A DNA stretch of 64,000 bases, taken from positions 32,001 to 96,000 of the IMG/VR virus record IMGVR_UViG_3300031521_000025. One strand, given 5' to 3'. The notes under the pieces are model-generated. The model saw nothing but the letters and a program-made list of their open reading frames with translations, ran no database searches and was not told the origin of the DNA. This document shows, in pieces, positions 10,154 through 20,364 of the stretch; within the stretch, counting starts at the first letter, position 1; each line of letters opens with the position of its first letter. The position numbers and the translations under genes are program-made. This DNA comes from a virus.

Positions 10154-12043
10154 ATGACATACGATAAAATTATATCTGTTGAAGCACCTTACTACTCATT
10201 AACTACTAGTGGGGTGTATACACCATCTAATACACGAAGTGAATCTTTATCTACAGACGTACCAACTAACTTTACATTAGTTGTTAGTTGTGGTAATATG
10301 GTTAAACCAACAAATTACTATTCTTCAATAGCATATTTTGGAAATAGTAATGGGTGTGGCATTGCTGTTAATAATCAAAATAAAATATCTATTTGGAACA
10401 GTACTGTAGGAATTATACCTTCAAGTTACACGATAACTGGAAATGAATTTGAAATGATTCTAGTTTTAACTAAAAACGGTTCAAATTGGGTTCTGTATAA
10501 AGATAATGTAGTGATATTAAACTATACGGGTAATTTGTCGGGAGTTCCACAAAAGTTATTTACAATAAATACAGTAGGTACTTATATTGATGGTAATCAA
10601 CCAAATACGAATAATAAGTATGCTTTTAATTCTATAACGGTTAATTATGTCAAGCTTTACGATTTGGATAAAGACGTAAAAAACTCATTAGTAGGGTTTT
10701 GGAATGGTGTAAATATATCTGTTTCAACAATTAATGATAGAAGTTATTACCAAAATAATGGTACTGTAAGTGGTTCTATTGCTACTACTCAAGGTAAAGT
10801 TGGTAATTCAATGGTATTTAATGGTTCAAGTGCTATAATTTTAAACAATCCAACATTATTAAGTAATAAGTTTTCAATCAATACTAGATTTAAAGCAAAT
10901 GTGGTTGATATGATATCTCCAATATTTTGCCAAAGATTTGTCAACACGAGTTCTAACGACTATTCTTACATTTTTATTGGAATAGGTGGTTCTGGTGATT
11001 GGATATCAAATCTTAATAAAGGTAAGAAGTTAGTTGTTGGTATGTTTGCTGGTGCTACTGGCTGGTGTGTTAGTAGTTATGCTGATATTGCTGATGGCAA
11101 GTATCATAATTTACAAGTATCATTAGATGGTAGTGCTTTAACTACTTTAAAGGTAATACTTGATGGTAATTCGTTATCATATACTTTCGGTAATCTAACC
11201 AGTTATACTGTTAGTCCAACTAATGCAACTGCTGTATCTTCAATAGGTGCTATGTTTTTAAAAGGTCAAACTGAAGCAATTTATCCAGAATCTTATTTTA
11301 GTGGCGAAATTAATTATGTACAGTTGTTTAACTATGCTAGAACATTTAGAGAATTAAAGCAAGGTAATCAATTAAAACTATTGATAACTGGCAATAATGT
11401 AATTGGTAATACTGTATATTCTCCAATGGGCAATAATGGTACAATAAATGGCAGTACTGTATCTGTAGTTGCTGATTCGACTGGTAATGGGTTTTCATTC
11501 ACTAACAGTGGATATATATCAGTACCAAGTTCAAATGATTATTCTTTTGTTTCACCAACTAAAGATTTACCATTTACCATTTCATTTGATATGACAACAC
11601 CAAGTTGGTTATCAGATACTGTTGAATTAGGTTCAAATATGTACATAATGTGTAAAACTACATCTTCAGTATATGAGTGGATTATAGCAACAGCTAAAGT
11701 TAATGGTATTTATTTTATATACTTAGCCGTTGTTAACTCTAATGCAACAAGTATTATGTATCAAGGGTTTAGTTTACCAAGTACTAATATATACACACAC
11801 AACATATTTACGTATGATGGTACAGCTAGTCCTACAAGTATGACATTTACATCTAATGGTGTTAATATGTCAAGACTTACCCATCTCAACGCTGGTAATT
11901 ACAATGGAACAAGTAACAGAATGTCAGAAACTGGAGTACCTATATTAATTGGTTCACAACCTTCACCAAATAACATAAGTGATTACAGATGTAAAGGTGT
12001 ATTAAATAATATTAAAATTTATAAAAATCAAATCGGAGAATAA
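10154..12043 (+). CDS. Receptor-binding protein with multiple LamG/concanavalin-A-like domains
   Basis: LVGFWNG...DRSYYQNNGTVSG, YFSGEINYVQLFNYA and CKGVLNNIKIY are LamG-type motifs. Confidence 0.7.
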   Translation: MTYDKIISVEAPYYSLTTSGVYTPSNTRSESLSTDVPTNFTLVVSCGNMVKPTNYYSSIAYFGNSNGCGIAVNNQNKISIWNSTVGIIPSSYTITGNEFEMILVLTKNGSNWVLYKDNVVILNYTGNLSGVPQKLFTINTVGTYIDGNQPNTNNKYAFNSITVNYVKLYDLDKDVKNSLVGFWNGVNISVSTINDRSYYQNNGTVSGSIATTQGKVGNSMVFNGSSAIILNNPTLLSNKFSINTRFKANVVDMISPIFCQRFVNTSSNDYSYIFIGIGGSGDWISNLNKGKKLVVGMFAGATGWCVSSYADIADGKYHNLQVSLDGSALTTLKVILDGNSLSYTFGNLTSYTVSPTNATAVSSIGAMFLKGQTEAIYPESYFSGEINYVQLFNYARTFRELKQGNQLKLLITGNNVIGNTVYSPMGNNGTINGSTVSVVADSTGNGFSFTNSGYISVPSSNDYSFVSPTKDLPFTISFDMTTPSWLSDTVELGSNMYIMCKTTSSVYEWIIATAKVNGIYFIYLAVVNSNATSIMYQGFSLPSTNIYTHNIFTYDGTASPTSMTFTSNGVNMSRLTHLNAGNYNGTSNRMSETGVPILIGSQPSPNNISDYRCKGVLNNIKIYKNQIGE

Positions 12044-12483
12044 TGAATAAAATTTGGATGACACGCAATGGAATTGTAGAGCAATTCGATGCGGATAGAT
12101 TAGAAAATCTATTAATTAAAGGATGGGTAGTTTGTGATGAACCAATACCACCAATACCTATTATACCAGACCCATATGATATATTTGATGCAAAACAAGT
12201 TTTAAAAGAATTACAAGTAATATTTGCATTAGATATAGGCGTTTTAGCAGGGCAAGCTTCAATGATTATATGGTTTACGGAAAATAAATATTTTTACGAT
12301 TTAAATAGATATTTAATTCTTGCGGAATCTCAAAGTATAATAACGGCAGAATATCACGCATCAGTATGTAATGTTTTTGTTAACCAAAATATAGATTTAA
12401 GTAAAGAACCTTATAGAGCAAGAAAAAAAATAGAAACACCAATTATTAATATTCCAATAGATGGCAGCGGTATTATTATTTAA
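12043..12483 (+). CDS. Hypothetical protein (possible fibre chaperone)
   Basis: Translationally coupled (TAATG) to the LamG gene. Confidence 0.45.
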   Translation: MNKIWMTRNGIVEQFDADRLENLLIKGWVVCDEPIPPIPIIPDPYDIFDAKQVLKELQVIFALDIGVLAGQASMIIWFTENKYFYDLNRYLILAESQSIITAEYHASVCNVFVNQNIDLSKEPYRARKKIETPIINIPIDGSGIII

Positions 12484-12889
12484 AAAAAAAGAAATGGGGA
12501 AAACCATTTCTACAGGAAACGGAGTTCCTGATAACAATCTTAGTGGAATTAATGGAGATAAATATACAGACTTAGATACAGGTATTGAGTATTCATATAT
12601 AAATAACAAATGGAGTGAACCAGCAGGTTCTGTTTCAAGCATTCCTAATCCAATTGTTTTTACTTATTCTGGAAATTTAATTATAAAATCTATTGAAGAT
12701 TTAGGAGAAAGTTTAACTATTGAAAAAAGATATAGGTATTATTCAGGAGGATCTGCACAAGATGGTTCTCTTGATATTGTAGAGATAAAAAACAGCAAAA
12801 CTAACCAATGGGTTAGATCAACATATATTTACACAAATGGCAAACTAACTTCAATGAATAATGAAATTATAACATCTTGGACAATATGA
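12461..12889 (+). CDS. Tail fibre adaptor-like protein B
   Basis: N-terminus (ISTGNGVPDNNLSGINGDKYTDLDTGIEYSY) paralogous to ORF 9474-10151; unrelated C-terminus. Confidence 0.55.
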   Translation: MAAVLLFKKKEMGKTISTGNGVPDNNLSGINGDKYTDLDTGIEYSYINNKWSEPAGSVSSIPNPIVFTYSGNLIIKSIEDLGESLTIEKRYRYYSGGSAQDGSLDIVEIKNSKTNQWVRSTYIYTNGKLTSMNNEIITSWTI

Positions 12890-13356
12890 TAATAGATTTA
12901 AAAGGTCATATATATGACACAGAACTTGATTTTGATAATCAAACAGAAGATACTAAAAATTTCGTAAATGAAATTTTAATTACAGTTAACTCTACATTTA
13001 CTTTTGATGATTCATATAGAATTATTGAATATAAATATAAAATTGATAACAAATACGAAGTTGTAAAAACACAAGTTTTTTCAGAACCAGCTCCTAGTTG
13101 TGCTATTGAAAGTGTAGAAATTATTGTAAGAGTTGCTAATTTATGGCATGAACCAAATTATAGTATTCAAATAATATTAACTTTAGAACAACAAGTTAAC
13201 TTATTAAGAGCATACCCTGATTTTGCTTTATATACTAGTCAAAGTAATTTACCCACCTATGTAGAAGGAAATAAATTATATACGTATGACAATGTTTTAC
13301 GTAAAGAATATAGAGATTTATTACAACACTTTGGTGGAATAATAACAGATAAATAA
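12886..13356 (+). CDS. Hypothetical protein in tail cluster
   Basis: ATG at 12886 overlaps the previous stop (ATGA). Confidence 0.5.
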   Translation: MIIDLKGHIYDTELDFDNQTEDTKNFVNEILITVNSTFTFDDSYRIIEYKYKIDNKYEVVKTQVFSEPAPSCAIESVEIIVRVANLWHEPNYSIQIILTLEQQVNLLRAYPDFALYTSQSNLPTYVEGNKLYTYDNVLRKEYRDLLQHFGGIITDK

Positions 13357-13382
13357 TTTTATAACAAAATAATTAAAATATA

Positions 13383-15182
13383 ATGGCAACATTTAACGTT
13401 AAAGAAGAATCTGACAAAATGTATGTTTACTGCTCTAAAAATGCAGTATCCGATATAGCTGCTAGTGTTTTTTTTGGAAAAGCAGCTGCTTGGGTAAGTG
13501 GAGGAACTTATTCTTCTGGAGATAGAGTGACATCAAGTTCAATTCAATATAGAAACTTTACAGGAGTTAACACTACGACAGCTCCAGCAAGTGATACAGC
13601 AAACTGGGTTTTTGATTTGGATAATTATCAATCTTATTTAACTACAAAAAATTATGTAGTTGGAAGTAAAACAAATTATAATAATGAACACTATATTTGT
13701 ATAACTAATACATCTGGAACGTTTGATATTACTAAATGGACTAAACAGATTATAAGTAATAGAGATGTTCCTTATAAGTTACAAAATACTGCAATAAATT
13801 TAATAAATTCGGATGCTAGGTTTGTAAGTTATGAGTTATTAGACTATACTAATAATGTTGCATATCACAATATTTATTGTATATTAAGTAATGGAATATG
13901 GGCAGAAACTTTAACTAATCCAACTAAGTACATACGTTTTGTGGGTCAAAGTAATTTAAAAACACAGATGCTTAATCATATAACAGGTTTTTTCTATGAT
14001 AATATGTACATATATAGCGCTGTAAATTTTAACATTTTCAAATGTAATTCATGTATGTTTTATTCTATTAGTTCTTCAAATAATACCTATTATTATTATA
14101 CATTCAGTTTTTTTTATAAAAATGTTGTTCAGAATACTACACCTTCTTGTTGTTACGTATATCATTTCAATAATAACACATTAATCAACGGAGGGTTGTT
14201 TTATGAGCCTATAACATATTATGCAAATACGGTTATTCGTAATAATATTATAAAAGGCGTTTCTTTTATGGGATCTACATATATGATTCAGCGTATACCT
14301 TTAGGTAATTTTGATTACAACTGTTATTGTGGTATAGTTTATATTGATGGTGTTGCAAAATCGACTCTTGTATCTATACAATCTGCAACAGTAAACCAGA
14401 ATATATACTCAGTATATAATACTAATATATCATTAAATCCAGATTATACATTACCAGTAGGGTCCCCTTTAATAAAAACTGGATCAAATGGAAACAATAT
14501 AGGGGCAGAAGGAGTTGGGTATCCACAAACAAATTCAGGTATTTTTGATTCTCTAAACGGAGCTGTGTATAAAAACATTACTAAATACGGAACTACACTT
14601 ACACGCCAGCAAATATCTAAACAAGCTCAAGGTGGAGGTAATAATTATATTACTTTAGAATCAGCTGCGTCATCTGTAAATTTTGAATATAATGGGTTTA
14701 GAATTTATATTTCATCTGGTACTGGTGTAGGACAAACAAGAACAATTTTAACATATAATGCATCTACAAAAGATGCAACTGTAGATTTAAATTGGACTAT
14801 TAATCCTGATTCAACTTCTATTTATGAAATTTTAGATGGAGAAATAACTTCTTCTGTAGGAGATTTAGGTAGTGTTCAAACTGTAAAAAAATTACTTATA
14901 CAGGCAACAAACTTCTATGATGCAACCGGTTATATTTTAACTCAAAGTGTATCTGAAACAGATTGTCGTTTAGATAATCCTGCTGCTTTAACATTTGATT
15001 TAAGAGTAAGTAACTCTAGTGACCTAAGTGCGGTTTCTTATAGAAGATTTGTACAAGATGAATTTTTAAAAATTGATAGTAACGATAAAGGATGTGGAGA
15101 CTCAGCATATAGTTGTGCTAATTTAGTTTCAAGTGTTTTATCATTTAGATATTTCCAAATTAGATTAATGCTTAGAAAATAA
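13383..15182 (+). CDS. Tail spike/fibre protein with carbohydrate-binding-like repeats and a beta-helix-like core
   Basis: AWVSGGTYSSGDRV...ANW and YVVGSKTNYNNEHYIC...KW resemble CBM5/12-type modules; N/Y-rich central solenoid; YNGFRIYISSGTGVGQTRTI motif. Confidence 0.6.
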   Translation: MATFNVKEESDKMYVYCSKNAVSDIAASVFFGKAAAWVSGGTYSSGDRVTSSSIQYRNFTGVNTTTAPASDTANWVFDLDNYQSYLTTKNYVVGSKTNYNNEHYICITNTSGTFDITKWTKQIISNRDVPYKLQNTAINLINSDARFVSYELLDYTNNVAYHNIYCILSNGIWAETLTNPTKYIRFVGQSNLKTQMLNHITGFFYDNMYIYSAVNFNIFKCNSCMFYSISSSNNTYYYYTFSFFYKNVVQNTTPSCCYVYHFNNNTLINGGLFYEPITYYANTVIRNNIIKGVSFMGSTYMIQRIPLGNFDYNCYCGIVYIDGVAKSTLVSIQSATVNQNIYSVYNTNISLNPDYTLPVGSPLIKTGSNGNNIGAEGVGYPQTNSGIFDSLNGAVYKNITKYGTTLTRQQISKQAQGGGNNYITLESAASSVNFEYNGFRIYISSGTGVGQTRTILTYNASTKDATVDLNWTINPDSTSIYEILDGEITSSVGDLGSVQTVKKLLIQATNFYDATGYILTQSVSETDCRLDNPAALTFDLRVSNSSDLSAVSYRRFVQDEFLKIDSNDKGCGDSAYSCANLVSSVLSFRYFQIRLMLRK

Positions 15183-15192
15183 TATTATTACA

Positions 15193-16185
15193 ATGGCAGA
15201 TATTAATTCAGGTTTAATAGCTTATTACCCATTTAATGGGAATGCAAATGATGAAAGTGGAAATAATCATAATGCAATATTTAATAATGCATCGTTAACA
15301 CCAGACAGACATGGTTTAGTTGATAGTGCTTATAACTTTGCAGGTAATCAAAATATAGCTGTATTTAACAAAGAAGTATTACCTCTTACTGATATAACTA
15401 TAAGTATGTGGATATATAAAACACCTACAGCTAGTAATGAGAATAATAGACCATTTGGTAATGATAATTCGTTATCAGAATCAGATGGTCTTGCTATGTG
15501 GTTTAATACAAACACACCATCTTTAATTATGCGAAATAATGGTGTTAATAATGATACTAATTGGGGTCTTACAGTATCTAATAATACTTGGTATTTATAT
15601 ACTGTTACTATATCATCAACTACAGGATTACATTTATATCTAAATGGTGTAAATGTTGCAAATAATGCAAATGCGAAAGCATATTCAAGATCAAATAACA
15701 CTTATTTTTATATAGGATCGGCAGGTAACCCCAATTACTATTTCACTGGTAAAATGGATGAAATACGTTTTTATAACAGAGTGTTATCTGATATAGATGT
15801 TTCGACATTATATTTTTCAACAAAGGATGGAAAAGAAAACCTAAATTCAGTATCAATAATACAAAACATAGATATATCTCAATCTTTTGATGAAAAAGTT
15901 GGATTAATTAGTCCGGTTTTAAACCTTGACGTAGCTCAATCTTTAGAAGAAAAAGTAGGTTTAGTAAGTCCAGTAGTTAATCTTGATATAGCTGCAACAT
16001 TAGAAGAAAGAACATTAGCTTTTACTCTTATATTAGGGCAAGAAAACGAAAATCAAAGAAATGTAATTCATCATTGTGGAACATCTTCTCAAAATCAATC
16101 AAATTCAAACAAAATTTGGATAGATAAAGGTTTTGTGAAAATAATAGCTCAAAGTAATATAGAACACAGTCAAATTGTTGTTTAA
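15193..16185 (+). CDS. LamG-domain virion protein with short C-terminal repeats
   Basis: GLIAYYPFNGNANDESGNNHN...YFTGKMDEIRFYNRVLS is a typical LamG_3 pattern; about 3 repeats of NLD(I/V)AQSLEEKVGL(I/V)SPV near the C-terminus. Confidence 0.8.
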   Translation: MADINSGLIAYYPFNGNANDESGNNHNAIFNNASLTPDRHGLVDSAYNFAGNQNIAVFNKEVLPLTDITISMWIYKTPTASNENNRPFGNDNSLSESDGLAMWFNTNTPSLIMRNNGVNNDTNWGLTVSNNTWYLYTVTISSTTGLHLYLNGVNVANNANAKAYSRSNNTYFYIGSAGNPNYYFTGKMDEIRFYNRVLSDIDVSTLYFSTKDGKENLNSVSIIQNIDISQSFDEKVGLISPVLNLDVAQSLEEKVGLVSPVVNLDIAATLEERTLAFTLILGQENENQRNVIHHCGTSSQNQSNSNKIWIDKGFVKIIAQSNIEHSQIVV

Positions 16186-16265
16186 AAAAAATAAAAGATT
16201 TATTTACTTTTTTGTTTGTTTTTTTTTATATTTAAAATAAAAATAATTACCATATTTTTTAGAAA

Positions 16266-16427
16266 ATGACTTTTAAATATTACATATTACTTTTTGTAAT
16301 TATAAGTTTTCTTATAATAATTATAGGTTTAGAAAAACAAACTAAAAGTGAATATAAAAGATATTTAAAAAAAGGAGGAGTTTTATCTTTCAAAGAATTC
16401 AAAAAAAAATACTATACTGAAGATTGA
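16266..16427 (+). CDS. Small single-pass membrane protein (53 aa)
   Basis: MTFKYYILLFVIISFLIIIIGLEKQ...YYTED*; below the ORF-track cutoff; stop abuts the next ATG. Confidence 0.6.
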   Translation: MTFKYYILLFVIISFLIIIIGLEKQTKSEYKRYLKKGGVLSFKEFKKKYYTED

Positions 16428-16787
16428 ATGAAAATACTTATTGTAGACGACTCTAAAACATCCGTAAAACTCATAGAAGAGCTCATTAAACACGCTTTTA
16501 GAGATTTTGTATACCAAAGTGCATTTAATGGAAAAGAAGGTTTAGAATGCTATAATAAAACAAAAGATTTTGACTTAATTATTACAGATTATCAAATGCC
16601 TTGCATAAACGGTAATTGTTTAATCAAACAAATAAAACAAATAAACTCTAATATTTTAAGTATTTGTATATCTTCTGAAAGTTTTATAAAAGATGATGAT
16701 ATATTTGATTTTATTTTACAAAAGCCAATCCATAAAGAAGAATTTATCTCTATTTTACAAAAAATAAAAAACAACTATAATGTTTAA
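16428..16787 (+). CDS. Stand-alone response-regulator receiver (CheY-like) protein
   Basis: MKILIVDDS, DLIITDYQMP..NG (phospho-acceptor Asp), ISS, LQKP. Confidence 0.9.
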   Translation: MKILIVDDSKTSVKLIEELIKHAFRDFVYQSAFNGKEGLECYNKTKDFDLIITDYQMPCINGNCLIKQIKQINSNILSICISSESFIKDDDIFDFILQKPIHKEEFISILQKIKNNYNV

Positions 16788-17820
16788 TACTCATATTCAT
16801 GTTTTCACAAAAGAAGATGTTCCTTCAAATTTTCTTCCTTTTAAATTAGTAAGAATTTTAGCAGACAAAGAAGGATACGAAATAATTGCAAGAGTTTTAC
16901 ATAATTTAAATCCTTGGACAAAAAATGATGTATTTGATAGATATTTAGAGTTTGTAAAAGAGGGAAGACTCGGTAGTCAAACTAACATTTTTGAAGATGT
17001 AGCAAAGTTTTATCCAATAGATACAAAGTTTTTTGTTTTACCTATGGATATGGAATATATGGGTGCAGGAACTACAGCAAGAGTATATAGAGATCAACTT
17101 AAAGAATTAATAGAATTATCTAAAGTTGATAAAAGAGTTGTTCCTTTTGTAATGGTTGACCCAAGAAGACCAGAAATAGAAGGTTTTGTTTTAAACAATA
17201 ATTTTGCAGGTATAAAACTATATCCAAATTTAGGATACTTTCCTTATGATAAAGATTTAATGTGGATATATAATTATTGCAGTAAATTTAATAAACCAAT
17301 TGTTGCGCATTGCACTCCTGATAATCCAGTACATTTTAAAGGATCAAAACAAGAATTAAAAGAATTATTGTTAAAATCTAAAGGTGTAGTAAATTTAAAA
17401 GGATCTAATCAAAAATTATGTGCTCAATTTATGGATCCTTATAATTATGTTTCTATTTTAAATAACTATAAAGATGTAAATATTTGTTTAGCTCATATGG
17501 GCGGAGAACAAGAAGTTTTAAAATATTTAAAAGGAGAAAAAAACACAATTACAGAAAAAATTTTAAATTTAATTGTAATGTATCCTAATCTTTATACAGA
17601 TATTAGTTATACATTATCAAACAAAAAACTATATTCTTTCCTTGATAAATTATTAGATGATGATAGATATAAAAACCGTATTCTTTTTGGAAGCGATTTT
17701 TATATGAATAAAACCAAAGGAGATGAAACTCTATTTAGCAAAAATATTAAAGAAATGTTAGGAGATAAAAAATTTGAATTAATTAGTAACACAAATGTTA
17801 ATAGTTTTTTGAAATCTTAA
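16780..17820 (+). CDS. Metal-dependent amidohydrolase (Amidohydro_2-type TIM barrel)
   Basis: NTHIHVF, GIKLYPNLGY, VAHC, LAHMGG, LYTDIS, ILFGSDF. Confidence 0.85.
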   Translation: MFNTHIHVFTKEDVPSNFLPFKLVRILADKEGYEIIARVLHNLNPWTKNDVFDRYLEFVKEGRLGSQTNIFEDVAKFYPIDTKFFVLPMDMEYMGAGTTARVYRDQLKELIELSKVDKRVVPFVMVDPRRPEIEGFVLNNNFAGIKLYPNLGYFPYDKDLMWIYNYCSKFNKPIVAHCTPDNPVHFKGSKQELKELLLKSKGVVNLKGSNQKLCAQFMDPYNYVSILNNYKDVNICLAHMGGEQEVLKYLKGEKNTITEKILNLIVMYPNLYTDISYTLSNKKLYSFLDKLLDDDRYKNRILFGSDFYMNKTKGDETLFSKNIKEMLGDKKFELISNTNVNSFLKS

Positions 17821-18323
17821 ATTTGTGATTCTAAATATTTCTCTTTGTTAAATTTATCTAGCAAGTTATTTAAATTTCTTTTAGAATTTACACCTACTTC
17901 ATCATGCACAGTAGGTTTTAAATAAGGAACAATAGCAGGTGTCGTTATCATATTTGCTTTTTCTCCTTTATAGTTATAGTTTACCCATTCTATTTGAGGA
18001 ACTAAAGTATCTTTATTTATTTTTTCTAAAATTTTAGGAAACAATTTCAAAAAAGTAGGTAAATCTTGTTTTAAGTTAGAAATTATTTCGTTTATCAACT
18101 CTTTATATTCTTTTGAAGTAGCATTATTGTTTGGTTGCTTACAAAGACGAGATAATTGCAAATTTCTTATTTCTATTCTTGCTTTAAGTATTTTTCTTTC
18201 TAAAATTCTTTTTTTTTGTGTTTTATTTAAAGTAATTTCATTTTCTATTAAAATAACTTTAGTTTTTGAAAGACTTTGGAGTTGTTCTACTAAAAAGTCT
18301 AATTTGTTTTTAACTTTATTCAT
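17817..18323 (-). CDS. Hypothetical protein, paralogous to the C-terminal domain of the upstream ORF
   Basis: Shares LPTFLKLFPKI and (L/V)LD(K/N)FNK..YL with ORF 18328-19713. Confidence 0.6.
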   Translation of the reverse strand: MNKVKNKLDFLVEQLQSLSKTKVILIENEITLNKTQKKRILERKILKARIEIRNLQLSRLCKQPNNNATSKEYKELINEIISNLKQDLPTFLKLFPKILEKINKDTLVPQIEWVNYNYKGEKANMITTPAIVPYLKPTVHDEVGVNSKRNLNNLLDKFNKEKYLESQI

Positions 18324-18327
18324 TTTT

Positions 18328-19713
18328 TTAAGCTAAATTTCGGTTTAAATAAGTTTTTTTGTTAAAATTGTCTAAAACACTTTGCATATGTGACTTAAAA
18401 TCTTCGCTTATTGTGTCCGTACCTTTTCTTATTCCTAAATACCAAGCAATTGCATAAGGAATAATTACATCTTTATTATTTAATTGAGTTTTAAACACAA
18501 GAGGTTTAGATTTATTTAATTCTTCATTTATTTTAGGGAATAATTTTAAAAATGTAGGTAAATATTCATTTATATTGTTTTTTATTTCTTTTACAAAATC
18601 AATATAATTCGAATGTGTTTCATTATTTTTAATTTCTTTATAAATAGAGTTTAGTTTTAAACCATCAACTTCTTTTTTTGCGTTTAAAATATCTTGATTT
18701 AATTGTTTTTCAAGTTTTTCTTTTTTTGATAGCCCAAAGATTTCTACCAACAAAACTTCTTTTCCTGTAGTTCTTTCTAATTGTTCTATTAAAATTTTAA
18801 GAACAACTTCTTCTTTTTTTAAACTTTTTTGATCACTAAAGTATTTAGAATAATAAATATTATAAAGAGTAATTCCTTTACTTGTTAATTTAGATGTTAT
18901 TCCATAAGAGTTTAATTGCCCTTGAACAACTTTTGCCATCATTGTATCACAAATAAGATTAACTTCTTTGTATTTTCCTACATTTACTAAATCAATAGAT
19001 CCAGAGCATTTAAAAGAAACAGGTTTTACTCCACTTGGAGTTTTAAGATTTATTTCAAAAGGAGAGCGGTTTGAATATTCTCCTTTTACTACATAAGGAA
19101 GATCTTCTTTTTTTACAATATTTTTTTGAACATCTCCAGATAAGTTTTTAATTATAGCATCTATGTTAATTTCGGTTGTTTTAGGTTCATAGATTTGAAC
19201 CTTTGCCGTGTGATATTTAATATATTCGTTAGAAACAGCAGATCCTCCTTTTGTTATTCCAATTTCTTCATGAGACTTCATATATTTCTCCATACTACCT
19301 GTATCATTAGATAGTAAAATTGTTTTAGCAATATCATTATAAACAGGACTCCAAAATATATTTCCTGTTTTTGAATTACCCACTTCACTATCTTTTGAAG
19401 AAACTGCAATCGCAGCAGGGTAAATGTTATTATTATATTTACAAGTAAATATCCCAAAGATAAAAGCACCATATTCAAATTTACTATGTTCAGCTTCAAT
19501 AATTTTACTTGATATAGTGTCAACAATTTTACTTTTTATATCTTGTTCTATTTCTTTTTTGTATTTCAAATGTTCTGAATTTAAAAAATCAACAGATACA
19601 GAACAGTTATCTATTCTTGTTTTTTTTCTTTCCCAAAAATGTGTATCTTTTTCTTTAGTTCGAGCTTCTCTCGATGCATCGCGATATTTTAATTCTTTTA
19701 AAAGAAGTTTCAT
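18328..19713 (-). CDS. Hypothetical protein (461 aa)
   Basis: Long ORF preceded by TATTTAAA on the minus strand (19733-19740). Confidence 0.65.
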   Translation of the reverse strand: MKLLLKELKYRDASREARTKEKDTHFWERKKTRIDNCSVSVDFLNSEHLKYKKEIEQDIKSKIVDTISSKIIEAEHSKFEYGAFIFGIFTCKYNNNIYPAAIAVSSKDSEVGNSKTGNIFWSPVYNDIAKTILLSNDTGSMEKYMKSHEEIGITKGGSAVSNEYIKYHTAKVQIYEPKTTEINIDAIIKNLSGDVQKNIVKKEDLPYVVKGEYSNRSPFEINLKTPSGVKPVSFKCSGSIDLVNVGKYKEVNLICDTMMAKVVQGQLNSYGITSKLTSKGITLYNIYYSKYFSDQKSLKKEEVVLKILIEQLERTTGKEVLLVEIFGLSKKEKLEKQLNQDILNAKKEVDGLKLNSIYKEIKNNETHSNYIDFVKEIKNNINEYLPTFLKLFPKINEELNKSKPLVFKTQLNNKDVIIPYAIAWYLGIRKGTDTISEDFKSHMQSVLDNFNKKTYLNRNLA

Positions 19714-19812
19714 TATATTCTTTATTTGTGTTTTTAAATATGATATTTTTAATTATCTCACAAAAAGTAAGCTAATCATCAAGGTTGAAATAATAAGCTT
19801 AAATTAATAGGT

Positions 19813-20364
19813 TTAAATAAGTTTGAAATCTAAATTTGTTTGTTTAAAATGTTTTAACATTTTAATTAAAGCTGCGTAAACAAAAGGATCTTGTGCTTTA
19901 AGAAAGTTATCTGTCCAAAAACATTTAGCTTCTTTTTCTAGCTTACTTCCATCAGTAGTAGCTTTTCCTTTTTCTTTGTTTGTTAAATCAACAGTAAACA
20001 AATAATAAACAGTATCTGAACTTTTAATTCCAAACATTTCTCCTAATTCAACAATATCTTCTTTAGTTATAGAGTAACCAGCTTCTTCTTTAAGTTCTAT
20101 AATGGCAGTTTCTAAAGGACTATTATTTTTTTCAACACTTCCTGTTAAAGAAGAAATAATTTTTTTATTTAAATCCCAACAAGGAGTTAATTCATCTCTT
20201 AAAAGAATTTCAAATTTACCTTTTTGATTTCTATATGGTAAAATTACAATTTTTTTTCCATCACAACTTTTCTCATGACTATAAACGTAACCATTTATTC
20301 CTTTTTTTTCATCAACAAGTTCTCTTAACTCTATCCATTTATTGGTTTTAAGGATGTTTATCAT
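19813..20364 (-). CDS. NUDIX hydrolase
   Basis: Nudix-box-like GSVEKNNSPLETAIIELKEEAGY. Confidence 0.85.
   Translation of the reverse strand: MINILKTNKWIELRELVDEKKGINGYVYSHEKSCDGKKIVILPYRNQKGKFEILLRDELTPCWDLNKKIISSLTGSVEKNNSPLETAIIELKEEAGYSITKEDIVELGEMFGIKSSDTVYYLFTVDLTNKEKGKATTDGSKLEKEAKCFWTDNFLKAQDPFVYAALIKMLKHFKQTNLDFKLI

Noticed and set aside
3695-16185. Diversity-generating retroelement or invertible tail-fibre shufflon
   Set aside because: No reverse transcriptase, site-specific recombinase, adenine-variant repeat pair or inverted cassettes were seen in this window.
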